Assembly (NCBI RefSeq): GCF_006345805.1 | Contig: NC_043001.1 | Span: forward strand, 110,236,001-110,300,000 | Direction: 5' to 3' | Length of the DNA stretch: 64,000 nt | From: Octopus sinensis | Lineage: Eukaryota | Shown here: positions 53,121-64,000 of the stretch, piece after piece | How the letters are laid out: every line of letters begins with the position of its first letter | Position numbering within the stretch: the stretch's first letter is position 1 | Program-made: the position numbers and the translations under genes | Notes under the pieces: model-generated | What the model was told of the DNA's origin: nothing | Databases searched by the model: none | The model's input: only the letters and a program-made list of their open reading frames with translations

Positions 53121-53301
53121 CAGTGCTCTGCAGCAGGTATGTCGCGGTACATTGGTGTTCCACGAGATGATACTAGGTGTGCCGCAGTGTGACCTGAATA
53201 TAATCTTTTCTCTATAATTTTAGTTACACTTTAGTTCAGTGCCGCATAATTTTGAAAAGAATATAAGTATACCGCAAATGAAGAAAGGCTACGTAGCACT
53301 G
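53121..53301. mobile_element. Possible hAT-like MITE
   Basis: 7-bp terminal inverted repeat cagtgct / agcactg; TSD weak. Confidence 0.35.
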
Positions 53302-53942
53302 AAATAGTTGTTCTCCGTGCTGCAATGAGGTCATATCTAATTACTAAAGCATGTCTTATTTGATTCTGATATAAAACCCACTTTCACCAGCATTTATCTT
53401 TTTCGCATAAACGACATTAACAGATATTTTCAGTCACTCGTGCAAAAATCGGTGGAATTTGAACTGAAAACAAAATGCCGCCAAGCATTTCGTGCGGCGT
53501 ACTAACGATTTTACCAGTTCGACGCTTTATTATAATCCTACAATATTAACCGACAAATTAAATATTAGATATCATTAACGCAAAGTATGCAATGTATGTC
53601 AACAAAACGAACTTCAGATGGAAAGAAATGCCCTTTAACCATACTTATAATTACATTCGAGCATGTTCGTAGCAGTAGCAACCGCAACCATAATAACAAC
53701 CATCACAACTCACGAGTAGAGCTATGCTACACACACACACACAGACGACTTGAGATACTCGTCCTGCCTTGGTTTTTGTTGTCCTTTTTTCCTTTAATAT
53801 AATCCTGCGAACTCGGAAGCCTACTACGAATCCGAACCTGCAGCCTCAGCTGTGAACTGAGAACCTAACAGATGATTAACAATAGTACATACATAGCGTA
53901 AATATTCGTTTAGATCCCCAATGAACTAAAACTCTCATAATC

Positions 53943-53995
<53 letters not shown>

Positions 53996-55829
53996 AATTA
54001 ATAGACACGGCTTTTCTGATAACTTTTCTACTTTAATAATTAAATGTTTATAAGTTTACTAAAGGTTTTGCATAAGTAGGAGTTATTATTGTCCCCATCG
54101 CCGTTCCTTTTATTTGTAAATACAAATTGTTGCCAAAGAAGAAGTGACTGTTTTTCCATTGTTAATTCTAATCCTTCTAAAATAAAAATTTTTGAAAATT
54201 TTTCTCAGAATTTCCTAGCCGTATGGAATCTTCACTCAAGGCGTTTTTTTCTAATTTCTGCCCAATTTTCGTCACACATAGGAACAATCACACATACAGG
54301 CATGCGATCATGCACGTACGCCCTCAAATGTGTACATGCATGGACTAGTATACACGAAATATTCACGGAAGGTGCAACATTTCTCCAGCGATATCAGTTC
54401 ACATATGTGACAAATACTCTGGGTCTCCTGGTAAGATACACAAATCAATTTGATTCCACGGCAAATTAATCGGTAATTCTAATACTCTTTTTAATACTAT
54501 ATATATTTACTGTGTGTTGGATCTCCTAGAAATACCACAAATCTCGTGAAGCCAGGTACAATTCGATCGTAATAAGATTCCAAATAGAATGCAGACATTC
54601 GAAGAAAAGAACAAAACACAACTCCTTTGCTATCCCGTATTATTACTCTAGAGACATGATCACTAGCACAATCGCTTGGAATATCAGTCTATTTACCTGG
54701 GGCAACTTGCAAGTCAACACACTCCCTCTTTCCTTTGTCTCAATCTCTGCTTCTCTTTCAGTTTCTTTTTGCCTGTCTCTCTGTCTCCTGTCTGTCTGTC
54801 TGTGTTTCTCTGTCTCTCTGTCTCTGTCTCTATCTCTGTCTCTGTGTGCCTGTCTGCCTATGTTTGTCTGTCTGTCTGTCTCTCCTCTCTCAAATTTGTC
54901 ATCTCTCCTTTCTCTCTCCTTCGCTCGCTCCCTGTAGCTCTCGTGCCCTTCTGTCTGGATTATCCAGATGAAAATGATGTTGTTACTCTCTTGATTTAAT
55001 CTCTTGGAGCGTGTTTACCACGAAGTAAATTCCACGATCCATAACAGTCCACCATGATGTTCCGAGGCAATGTGTATTGATGTTCGTCTATCATTCTCCC
55101 TCTACGTCCTCCGCCTTCTCTCTCTCTCTCTCTCTGCCTCTCCCTCTCTCTTTTAATCTTTTCTGTATTCTTTCTCATCAGCAAGTGTCTCACAAACATC
55201 TCTTTCTGCCCACCACACACAAACACACATGCACATACATATAAGCCAAAAAAGCCACATAAATACACACACACACACACACACACACTCTCTCTCTCTC
55301 TCTCTTTCTTTATTTTTCTCTCTTACTTTCTGTCCCTCTCCCTCTCTCTTTCCCTCCCTCTCTCAAGCAGACAATTCTAATTTTCAGTTTTCAATTACTG
55401 TCCACACGCAGACATCTCCACACATAACTTAGGCATCATATGTCAGACATGCACTACTTTTAATGGCTAAACATCTTGAAAATATTCAACAATGACAGGA
55501 ATGACAGCCTACTTTCGTTCAACACCACGAAATACAAGTATTGTAAATACAGAATTAGGAGACGTACATAAATAACTCATTACATGCAAACAGTAATCAG
55601 CTAAAAATCATCTGGTTGAAAGCCATATAAAAGTATTTTAGACTGCATCCAAGAAAAACCGATCCAAAAACACGTTAAACCACTAGCAAAATAAGAGTCT
55701 GTACTCCTCTCCCGTTTTTCTAAAGTTACTCCGACAATTTGTTCCAAATTTTAAAAGATCCATACTACCATTACATAAATCTCTTTTCACGGTAAGTATG
55801 TTAACGGTTACTCATGGAGGAAGAGTAGA

Positions 55830-56150
55830 AGACCTCCTTCGGTCATGAATGACCATGGGATTGCACCTAGAAAGTTACCCTCCCAGGTACAAGTCCGGGC
55901 AAGGTTGTTAACGGAAGGCCAGCAGTCGCCCATGCATACCGGCGTCTCCTCTCCACGCCACTGATGTTATCCAAGGGAAAGGCAAAGGGGCCGATACAGC
56001 TTGGCACCAGTGATGTCGCAACTCATTTCTACAGCTGAGTTAACTAGAGCAACGCGGAATAATGTGTCTTGCTCAAGAACACAACACACAGCCTGGTCCG
56101 GGAATCGAACTCACAATCTCACGATCGTAAGCTCGACGCTCCAGCCACTG
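55830..56150 (-). mobile_element. tRNA/CORE-like SINE with a distinct (probably LINE-derived) tail, family D
   Basis: Reverse strand: gattgtgagttcgattcccggacc (B-box), cttgagcaagacacattattccgcgttgctctagttaactcagctgtagaaatgagt (CORE-like), then aacaaccttgcccggacttg tail. Confidence 0.8.
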
Positions 56151-56458
56151 TTACCCATAATCTCGTATATATAATGGGATTATGTGATTATACTCCTACT
56201 TATGTAATCCAACCCTCGTTAAAAGAATCCTTCGCTTTTCAACCATTTCTGTGAAATCTCACCCATGATCACTATATTGAAAATGTACTCCAACCGTTCT
56301 TTGTTAAAATTGAAAATTCTTGGAATTTCATTTCTGTTTTATCTTTTCTTGCAGATATCATAACACGTGAACTTTCAGCTCCATCATCAACTTAACCGTC
56401 TTCGCCAGCCCTAGAGGATTCTTTATTTTATCGACACTAACCGTTTTACTGTATAGCT

Positions 56459-56876
56459 GCAGGAGTGGCTGTGTGGTAAGTAGCTTGCTTGCCAACCACA
56501 TAGTTCTGGGTTCAAGTCCTCCTGCGTGGCACCTTGGGCAAGTGTCTTCTACTATAGCCTTGGGCCGACCAAAGCCTTGTGAGTGGATTTCGTAAACGGA
56601 AACTGAAAGAAGAGTTAGGGTTAGGGTATATATGTATATATATATATATATATACGTATGTGTGTATATATGTTTGTGTGTCTGTGCTTGTCCATCCAAC
56701 ATCGCTTGTCAACCGATGCTGGTGTGTGTTACGTCCCCGTAACTTAGCGGTTCGGCAAAAAGAGACCGATAGAATAAGTACTAGGCTTACAAAGAATAAG
56801 TCCCGGTGTCGATCTGCTCGACTAAATAGGCAGTGCTCCAGCATGGCCGCAGTCCAATGACTGAAACAAGTAAAAG
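56459..56876 (+). mobile_element. tRNA-derived SINE, family A (the only near-intact plus-strand copy)
   Basis: gcaggagtggctgtgtggtaagtagc...gggttcaagtcc...gactgaaacaagtaaaaga. Confidence 0.93.
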
Positions 56877-57730
56877 AAAAAAAATAATAAAATTCTTAAT
56901 ACATTTCCATCGTTCTATAAGCTTGTATTTCGAAATTCAATCTTTTCTGTTTCTGTCTCGAAACAAAAAACTTTTTCTGTGTTCAATGAACATAAATGAT
57001 TTAGGAAAGAGAAAAGCTGGAAATAATGTATCGTGTCTGGATTTTGCAAAAGTTTTAGCAGAAAACTCTTCTAAGTCAGTTGTATATTATTCAGTAGACA
57101 TCAAATACATAATCCCTGTGCACAGACATAAAGTAAAGTTCTAAGGCAATATGATGTAGCATTTTAATTAGAATCCACACAAAATCGTTTGTCTCATTCG
57201 GCTTCCCGTATGAGGAATACATTAAAGAATTATCTCTAAAATTCGAACATCACCAACGCCAAACATATTGATAAGGATAGTGAAATCTATGACGTACATT
57301 AAGAATCTAAGAATTCCATAATAGACGTTAATAACCAAGGCGGAAAACGCTTGACAAATAAGTACGTGGTGTCGTTTCATTTTTGAAAGCAACGCTATTG
57401 CTCTTGTAGTATAGCTCAGCAAGAAGATACGACACAGTGGATTGTTATCTACCAGTTACGACAGGGGGAGCGACATGAATTAACGAGTGCTTCATTATGT
57501 TCCAAAGCAAAGGTCGAGTGGTACTGAAAGCAATGGTGTTATTTAGACCCTGCTGGAATCTTGGAATATCTAGCAGCAACTTCTTTCTTCTGTTCTCTCA
57601 ACAATACTTTTATTTATGACATGAAATTAAAGCTTAATCTGATCCCACTTGTAAGATTAAGTTAAATCTTCTAACTTTAAGCTTGTATCAATTAAGATTT
57701 TCATTGGAAAATCATATTAAACATTCATTA

Positions 57731-58135
57731 TACTTACCTGTTTCAGTCATTTTACTGTGGCCGTGCTTGAGCACCGCCTTTAGTCGAGCAAATCGATCCC
57801 AGGACTTATTCTTTGTAATTCTAGTACTTATTCTATCGGTCTCTTTTGGCGAAACGGTAAGTTACGGGGACGTAAACACACCAGCATCGGTTGTCAAGCG
57901 ATATTGGGAGGACAAGCACAGACACAGAAACATACACACACATAAACACACACACACATACACATATATGTATATACACATACACACATATACGACGGGC
58001 TTCTTCCAGTTTCCGTCTACCAAATCCACTCAGAAAGTTTTGGTCGGCCCAAGGCTACAGTAGAAGACACTTGTCCAAGGTACCACGCGATGTGGTTCTT
58101 AAGCAAGCTATTCACCACACAGCCATTCCTATGCC
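57731..58135 (-). mobile_element. tRNA-derived SINE, family A (small internal deletion in the head)
   Basis: Matches the other copies. Confidence 0.9.
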
Positions 58136-59686
58136 ACTCCTAAGCTGCAAATTTGTGACAAACTGGTGATGGCATCCATAGTTTAGTTGAAATCTGAGAA
58201 GTTATGCTGCACGAAAGGAAACTCTTGACATTTTGTAATTAGTAACTTTACAGCTAACCAGCACCACCACCACGACCACCACCACCACCACCAACAAGAA
58301 GAAGAACAACAGCAGCAACAACAACAACACGGAAAATAAGTATAAACTGAAGGTACCTGATCATGTTAGCGAAGATACGTAGAGGTGTTATGGAGTATTT
58401 GCCTCACAAACAGAAGATTGTGAGTTCAGTTATCGGATTTAGCTTCACGTTGTGCCAAGCTGCTGACCTCCCATCGTGTTGGAGGCCTTCAGTAGAAGAA
58501 ATATCGACAGTCTGCAGATATATTTCTTGCATGTATTGTGTGTGTTTGTGTGTGTTAAGTGCTCAAATGACTTAATTTTACCACAAAAGAATAGATTATT
58601 CAATAAATGTTTTACAAATTTATATAAACTGATTGTTTTTATATCACGACTTAATGAATGCCAGAGTTATACGTGAAGTACTTCAAGTTACATACTGTGA
58701 CAGATCAGTAATCGGACGGGCTTGTGTAGCGTAACATCCGCCACATGGCAATCACTCATTTTCATGGCCAAATGACTCATAACATGACCAAACTGAAAAG
58801 GAATGTGAAAATAAAACGTTGAGAGATACTTTAAGGGAAAGGGGGATAACAGCTATGTCCCTTTAAGATGTTAGATGAAGAATACTATTCACGTTGAGTG
58901 TGTACATGGAATAAAAAGCAAGCCTAGTGATGGTAGTGAAATGAGAAAAGTCTAAAGAGCGTTAAATTATGCGTCTAAGGTGAAGAGTGTAAAGATTCTG
59001 ATCTCGAGATTAGAAGGTTCGTGTAGTTCTTCGATTTAATAAGAATTTGTGTTCTTTCGGTTGTACAGAGCACTCTTTCATCCGTTAAGGCATGGCCTAA
59101 ACGTCTGTCCGGTGTTTCACACGATGACGTATGGTTTATTGCTGTCGTTCAAATATCAGATATAGCTTGCTTGCTTTGCGTTTTAGTTTTTCTCTACGTT
59201 CTCCACAAAAGGCTGGTGTTTGATGTATCTGTATTTAAAGATAATTTCTGAAAGTCTATTAGAACAAGTGTAGGTAAAGAATATCTATCATTAGTATATA
59301 TAAACTCGAGATCAGAATTTTTTTACACGACGTATGCATTTCGACAAATTTCTGTTATCGAACTGGACAACTGACCTACTCTTTAGCATCGAAACGTAGT
59401 TCAACGCATGTTAGAATTCCTCCTGTTCACCTTTAGAAAGCCTATATATTCATAGTGTATTTAGACGCTGAAGGAGGCAACAATCATCTGTCAACATAGA
59501 GCAATCACCACGAAACTCATCACAAACACACACATGAATATATATGTATGTATATGTGTGTGTGTGTGTTTGTGCGTGTATCTGTATGTCTGCATATACC
59601 CACACATGTATGTATGTTTGTGTAAGTATTTATGGATAGATTGATTAACAGACAGATCGATATATATATATATATTATATATATAT

Positions 59687-59944
<258 letters not shown>

Positions 59945-60292
59945 AAAAGACAGGTGCATATGTAACTCTAAATCAATGCCAATTACAATATTCATTAGTA
60001 CCACTGACAGTAACCACGGCAACACCAACATTAATAGCCAAAAGTAAATATCTCATTCAGCTTTCTAACTATGAGCCGTTAAACGATGCTGCTTATTAGA
60101 ACTCAGAAAACACTAAAAATTATCACGACAGCAACGTCTTTGGTACATGTAAATATTAGAAGGAAAATATATTGAAGTGTAATTAGAGCAAACGTGGAAG
60201 AATTTGTAGTTATGCGAAGACATAACATAGAATCGTAGAAATATACACACATACATGCACACACATATATACAAACATACATATATGCATGT

Positions 60293-60676
60293 GGAGGCGC
60301 AATGGCCCAGTGGTTAGGGCAGCGGACTCGCGGTCATAGGATCGCGGTTTCGATTCCCAGACCGGGCGTTGTGAGTGTTTATTGAGCGAAAACACCTAAA
60401 AGCTCCACGAGCCTCCGGTAGGGGATGGTGGTGATCCCTGCTGTACTCTTTCACCACAACTTTCTCTCACTCTTACTTCCTGTTTCTGTTGTACCTGTAC
60501 TTCAAGGGGCCGGCCTTGTCACTCTCTGTGTCACGCTGAATATCCTCGAGAACTACGTTAAGGGTACACGTGTCTGTGGAGTGCTCAGTCACTTACACGT
60601 TAATTTCACGAGCAGGCTGTTCCGTTGATTCGGATCAACCGGAACCCTCGTCGTCGTAACCGACGGAGTTCTTCCA
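60293..60676 (+). mobile_element. tRNA-derived SINE, family B, full length
   Basis: A-box tggcccagtgg, B-box ggtttcgattcc, followed by a non-tRNA body and tail. Confidence 0.92.
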
Positions 60677-60692
60677 CGTATATATGCATAGT

Positions 60693-61002
60693 GGAGGTGC
60701 GTGGCATAGTGGTTAGGACACTCGACTCACAATCATAAGATAGTGCATTCGATTCCCGGCGACACGTTGTGTCCTTGAGCATGAGTTTATTTCACGTTGC
60801 CCCAGTCCACTCAGCTGGCAAAAATGAGTTGCACCTGTATTTCAAAGGGCCGGCCTTGTCACACTGAATCTCCCTGAGAACTATGTTAGGGGTACACGTG
60901 TTCGTGGATTGCTCAGCCACTTGCACGTTAATTTCACGAGCAAGCTGTTTCTTTGATCGTATCAGCTGGGACCCTCGTCGTCGTAACTGACGGAGTACTC
61001 CT
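60693..61002 (+). mobile_element. SINE with CORE-like domain and family B tail, directly tandem to the previous copy
   Basis: ggaggtgcgtggcatagtggttagg...tcgattcccggcgacacgttgtgtccttgagcatgagtttatttcacgttgcccagtccactcagctggcaaaaatgagt. Confidence 0.88.
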
Positions 61003-61462
61003 TATATGCATATATATATATATATTATATATATATATATATATTATATATATATATACATATATATATGCACACACACACACACACATGTATATATATA
61101 TATATATATATACATATATAAACACGCACACACATACACACACATATATGTATACATGACGAATCCAATCTGTAAGTGGAACAGTAAATATATGCAAGAT
61201 TTTTCTAAAGTTCCAATGTTTGTGTTAACTACATCCTAAAGATGGATCCTTATATCTTTGTAGGAAACCGGCTTCCTCCCAAATCGAAGATTTATAATAG
61301 GTAAAAATAGAAGAAAAAATACACACACACATACATACATGCATACATACATGCATGCATGCATAATCACATAGATATTATCAAACAGCGATACGCAAAT
61401 ATATGTATGTACATTTTTAAGTACCTTTTCGCGTAACTGTATTTATACACGTTAACGTGAAC

Positions 61463-61757
61463 CCAGAAATCTTTTCTACTCTAGGCACAAGCCCCGAAAT
61501 TTTGGTGTAGGGGGCCAGTCGATTAGATCGACCCCATTACGCAACCGTTACTTAATTTATCGACCCCGAAAGGATGAAAGACAAAGTGAACCTCAGTGGA
61601 AATTGAACTTAGAACGTAGCAACAGACGAAATACATATTTCTTTACGACTCACAAAGGCAAAGGCGACCTCGGCGGAATTTGAACTCAGAACGTAGCGCC
61701 AAACGAAATACCGCTAAGCATTTCGTTCGTTGAGCTAGCGATTCTGCCAACTCGCCT
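61463..61757 (-). mobile_element. SINE family C modules, reverse orientation
   Basis: tacttaatttatcgaccccgaaaggatgaaagacaaagtgaacc and aggcgacctcggcggaatttgaactcagaacgtagcg. Confidence 0.85.
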
Positions 61758-62340
61758 TATTATTATTATTATCATTATCATTATTATTATTATTATTGTT
61801 ATTGTTGTTATTATTATTATTATCATCATCATTATTATTATCATAATCATCATCGTTATCTTCATCATCATTATTATTATTATTGTTATTACTATTACAG
61901 GGAGCTAGTTAGCCAGCGGGGACAAAATATAGCTCAAATTCTAATGAACGCCAGACCAATTGTATCTTCGGTAACAACCATTTAAAACCATTCAGCTTAC
62001 AGCTCTGATCATCAGCTGTCACGTGACAATCATCGCACCACGTATTTACGTTTTCGTTGACTTTTGATGTTGTTCTGTTATATTGCAAGTTTTCTGTAGT
62101 ACTTTTAGTATTTAACTCTATCAGCAATATGAGCGAACGCTTGCTTCCCATGTAATTCCCGCATTAATTAAATGAAGACGGAAAAATCTGCAATTTGGGA
62201 GAGTTAGTAGAATCTGTAAAATTTTAGACGAAGTGTATGGCGGTATTATGTTAGTTGTGTCTCTTAAGTTCCTAGTTTAATTCCCACCAAAGTCGACATT
62301 GATATTCAGCTTCCTGGATTTCATTAGCTACAGTCGTAAT

Positions 62341-62627
62341 CGGTGGCGGACTGGTTCTAAAATTATTGGTTGCCAGGAGACTAAGGGAGCCCACCCGCAA
62401 CTACAATGCTATCCTTTAATTCTTGTTCTTGTTAAAAGTATTCGTTTCAACTTTCTACGAACATAGCCAGGCTGAAATAATTAAGGCATTCTTCCAGGAG
62501 TGAATAAAAAATTCTCAAAATTCAGGCGACGGACCCCTTAGATACTAACATCCCCATATATGGATTCTAATGGCGCAGGGTCCCTCTTGTTATCAGACCA
62601 ACTGGCAACCTGGCCAGTGCACCACTG
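62341..62627. mobile_element. hAT-type MITE
   Basis: 14-bp TIRs cggtggcggactgg / ccagtgcaccactg (11/14); 8-bp TSD gtcgtaat / gtagtagt (6/8). Confidence 0.7.
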
Positions 62628-63420
62628 GTAGTAGTCCATTGTAGTAAATATATAACCATCTATTCCCCCAATACATAGCGTAATGTCAATGGCAAATAGC
62701 TAAGCGGTGTTTTTTGTCTGTCTTTAGGTTTGGAGTTCAAATCCGGCCGAGGTAGTCTTTGCGTTTCATCATTTCGAGGCCGATAAAATAAGTACCAGTC
62801 GAGTAGTGGAATCAATTAACTCGACTAGGAGAACTGTTAATCTGGTTCATAGAGCTTTATTAAGCAACAGAGTATATTTATCCCAGAGCCTTTTCGCACC
62901 ACCCTAAAAAGTCAAGCCTGTACCCCACTTCAGGAAAACGTGACGCATGTATAGCTGTATAATTCTAACTTCAAGAACCTGAATCTTATCAAGTAAAGAG
63001 CAGCTATGCATACCACCATGATTAAATGCTGAGGAAATGTAATTTCGACCGTAAGATCCAATCCGTCGTCTCTCGCTGTGGAATTCACCAGTATCTATTG
63101 GCAAGAAAGAGATAAATCACTGAGCATTGGCTGTCACGCAGTACTCCGTATAATTTATCATCGCATGTTGTAGATTGTGGTGTGGTGTGGTGTGGTTCTT
63201 CAAGAAAGAGAAAATTGCGAATAGTCACAGCATAAAAACTACCAAATACTAATGAACAAAATATTGTATGAATTTATTATATCTTGTATTAGACAATCAG
63301 ACCTGTGTTGTTAGATCTTGACTAGACTGGAACAAAAAGAAAAATAAATCATGTAATCAGTGAAGTACGTCTTTTATTCTAAAATGTATTATAATGATTT
63401 GTTTTAATATCATAACATGT

Positions 63421-63606
63421 GACTACTACTACTACTACTACTACAACTACTACCAGTCGTCTTTCCTCCTCCGTTTCCTCCTCTATCTCCTCCTCCTCTC
63501 CTCCTTCTCATCATCGCTTTTCCTCCTCCCATCCTCCTCCTCCACTTACTACTACAACTACTACTACTACTATCAGTCGTCTTCCTCCCCTCCTCCTTCT
63601 CGTACT

Positions 63607-63640
<34 letters not shown>

Positions 63641-63661
63641 GCTACTACTACTACTACTACT
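63421..63661. repeat. (CTA)n/(CCT)n compound repeat with a duplicated (cta)n-cagtcgtcttcctcc unit
   Basis: Read directly. Confidence 0.85.
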
Positions 63662-64000
63662 TTTTTACTGCAACTTTTTAATTGCCATATGTCATTCAGG
63701 TTCCCGACCTGGAAGTTCAACGAACTTTCATCGCTTAGATATCTTAACTGTCGAATTTTTCGGATTCTTGTAAACCATCATGTCCTTACTGATTAAACAT
63801 CTTTTCCCCCATCCCCCACCCCCGCTAGGTCAAGCCTGACCAAACACACTTATGACTGACAGAAATCGTCCTAGTTATGAGAAACAATTCCTTTTCAAGA
63901 GACTCCATAGTTAGTTTGTAACATCCAACGGAATGGTTAAGACGATGTCATACAAAAAAAAAATCCTGTTATAACTTCACGCTGCTACGTTTTACGTAAC

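Noticed and set aside
56614-56626. TTAGGG TTAGGG telomere-like repeat
   Set aside because: Only two units, inside a SINE microsatellite region.
56990-57420. Possible CR1-type RT scraps ('CLDFAKV' on +, 'FLMYVIDF' on -)
   Set aside because: Too short and on opposite strands; cannot be distinguished from chance.
60293-60365. tRNA-like sequences at SINE heads (also 8850, 33400, 38130, 56460, 60693)
   Set aside because: A and B boxes are present, but there is no complete cloverleaf or acceptor stem and each continues into a SINE body.

Overview
AT-rich eukaryotic (metazoan) DNA, largely intronic or intergenic, crowded with microsatellites ((TA)n, (CA)n, (TATC)n, (TAA)n, (CTA)n) and tRNA-derived SINEs. 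The repeat landscape looks like an Octopus/coleoid cephalopod genome (inference from repeat style; not verifiable here). There is one 100-N scaffold gap (16745-16844). Nearly all ORFs in the supplied track are microsatellite or SINE artefacts. No intact multi-exon gene, rRNA, true tRNA or CRISPR array is supported; one plausible 62-nt minus-strand coding exon lies at 43892-43953. Decayed transposons recognised by manual translation: a Penelope-like element (PLE; 22530-25506), two RLE-type (R4/Dong-like) LINE 3' fragments, two Tc1/mariner remnants, a LINE 3' end, hAT-type MITEs and a Helitron/Helentron-like repeat. The most interesting signal is a PLE/hammerhead-ribozyme theme. (i) The PLE has an inverted plus a direct pseudo-LTR, an N-terminal 2A-like 'SVEPNPGP' motif in frame with the PLE N-terminal domain, and a possible Ulp1-like protease fragment. 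(ii) At least four sequence families of minimal type-I hammerhead motifs occur, two of them as 250-400 bp fold-back palindromes with one ribozyme copy on each strand. All alignments, folds and coordinates were done by eye; repeat boundaries are approximate.
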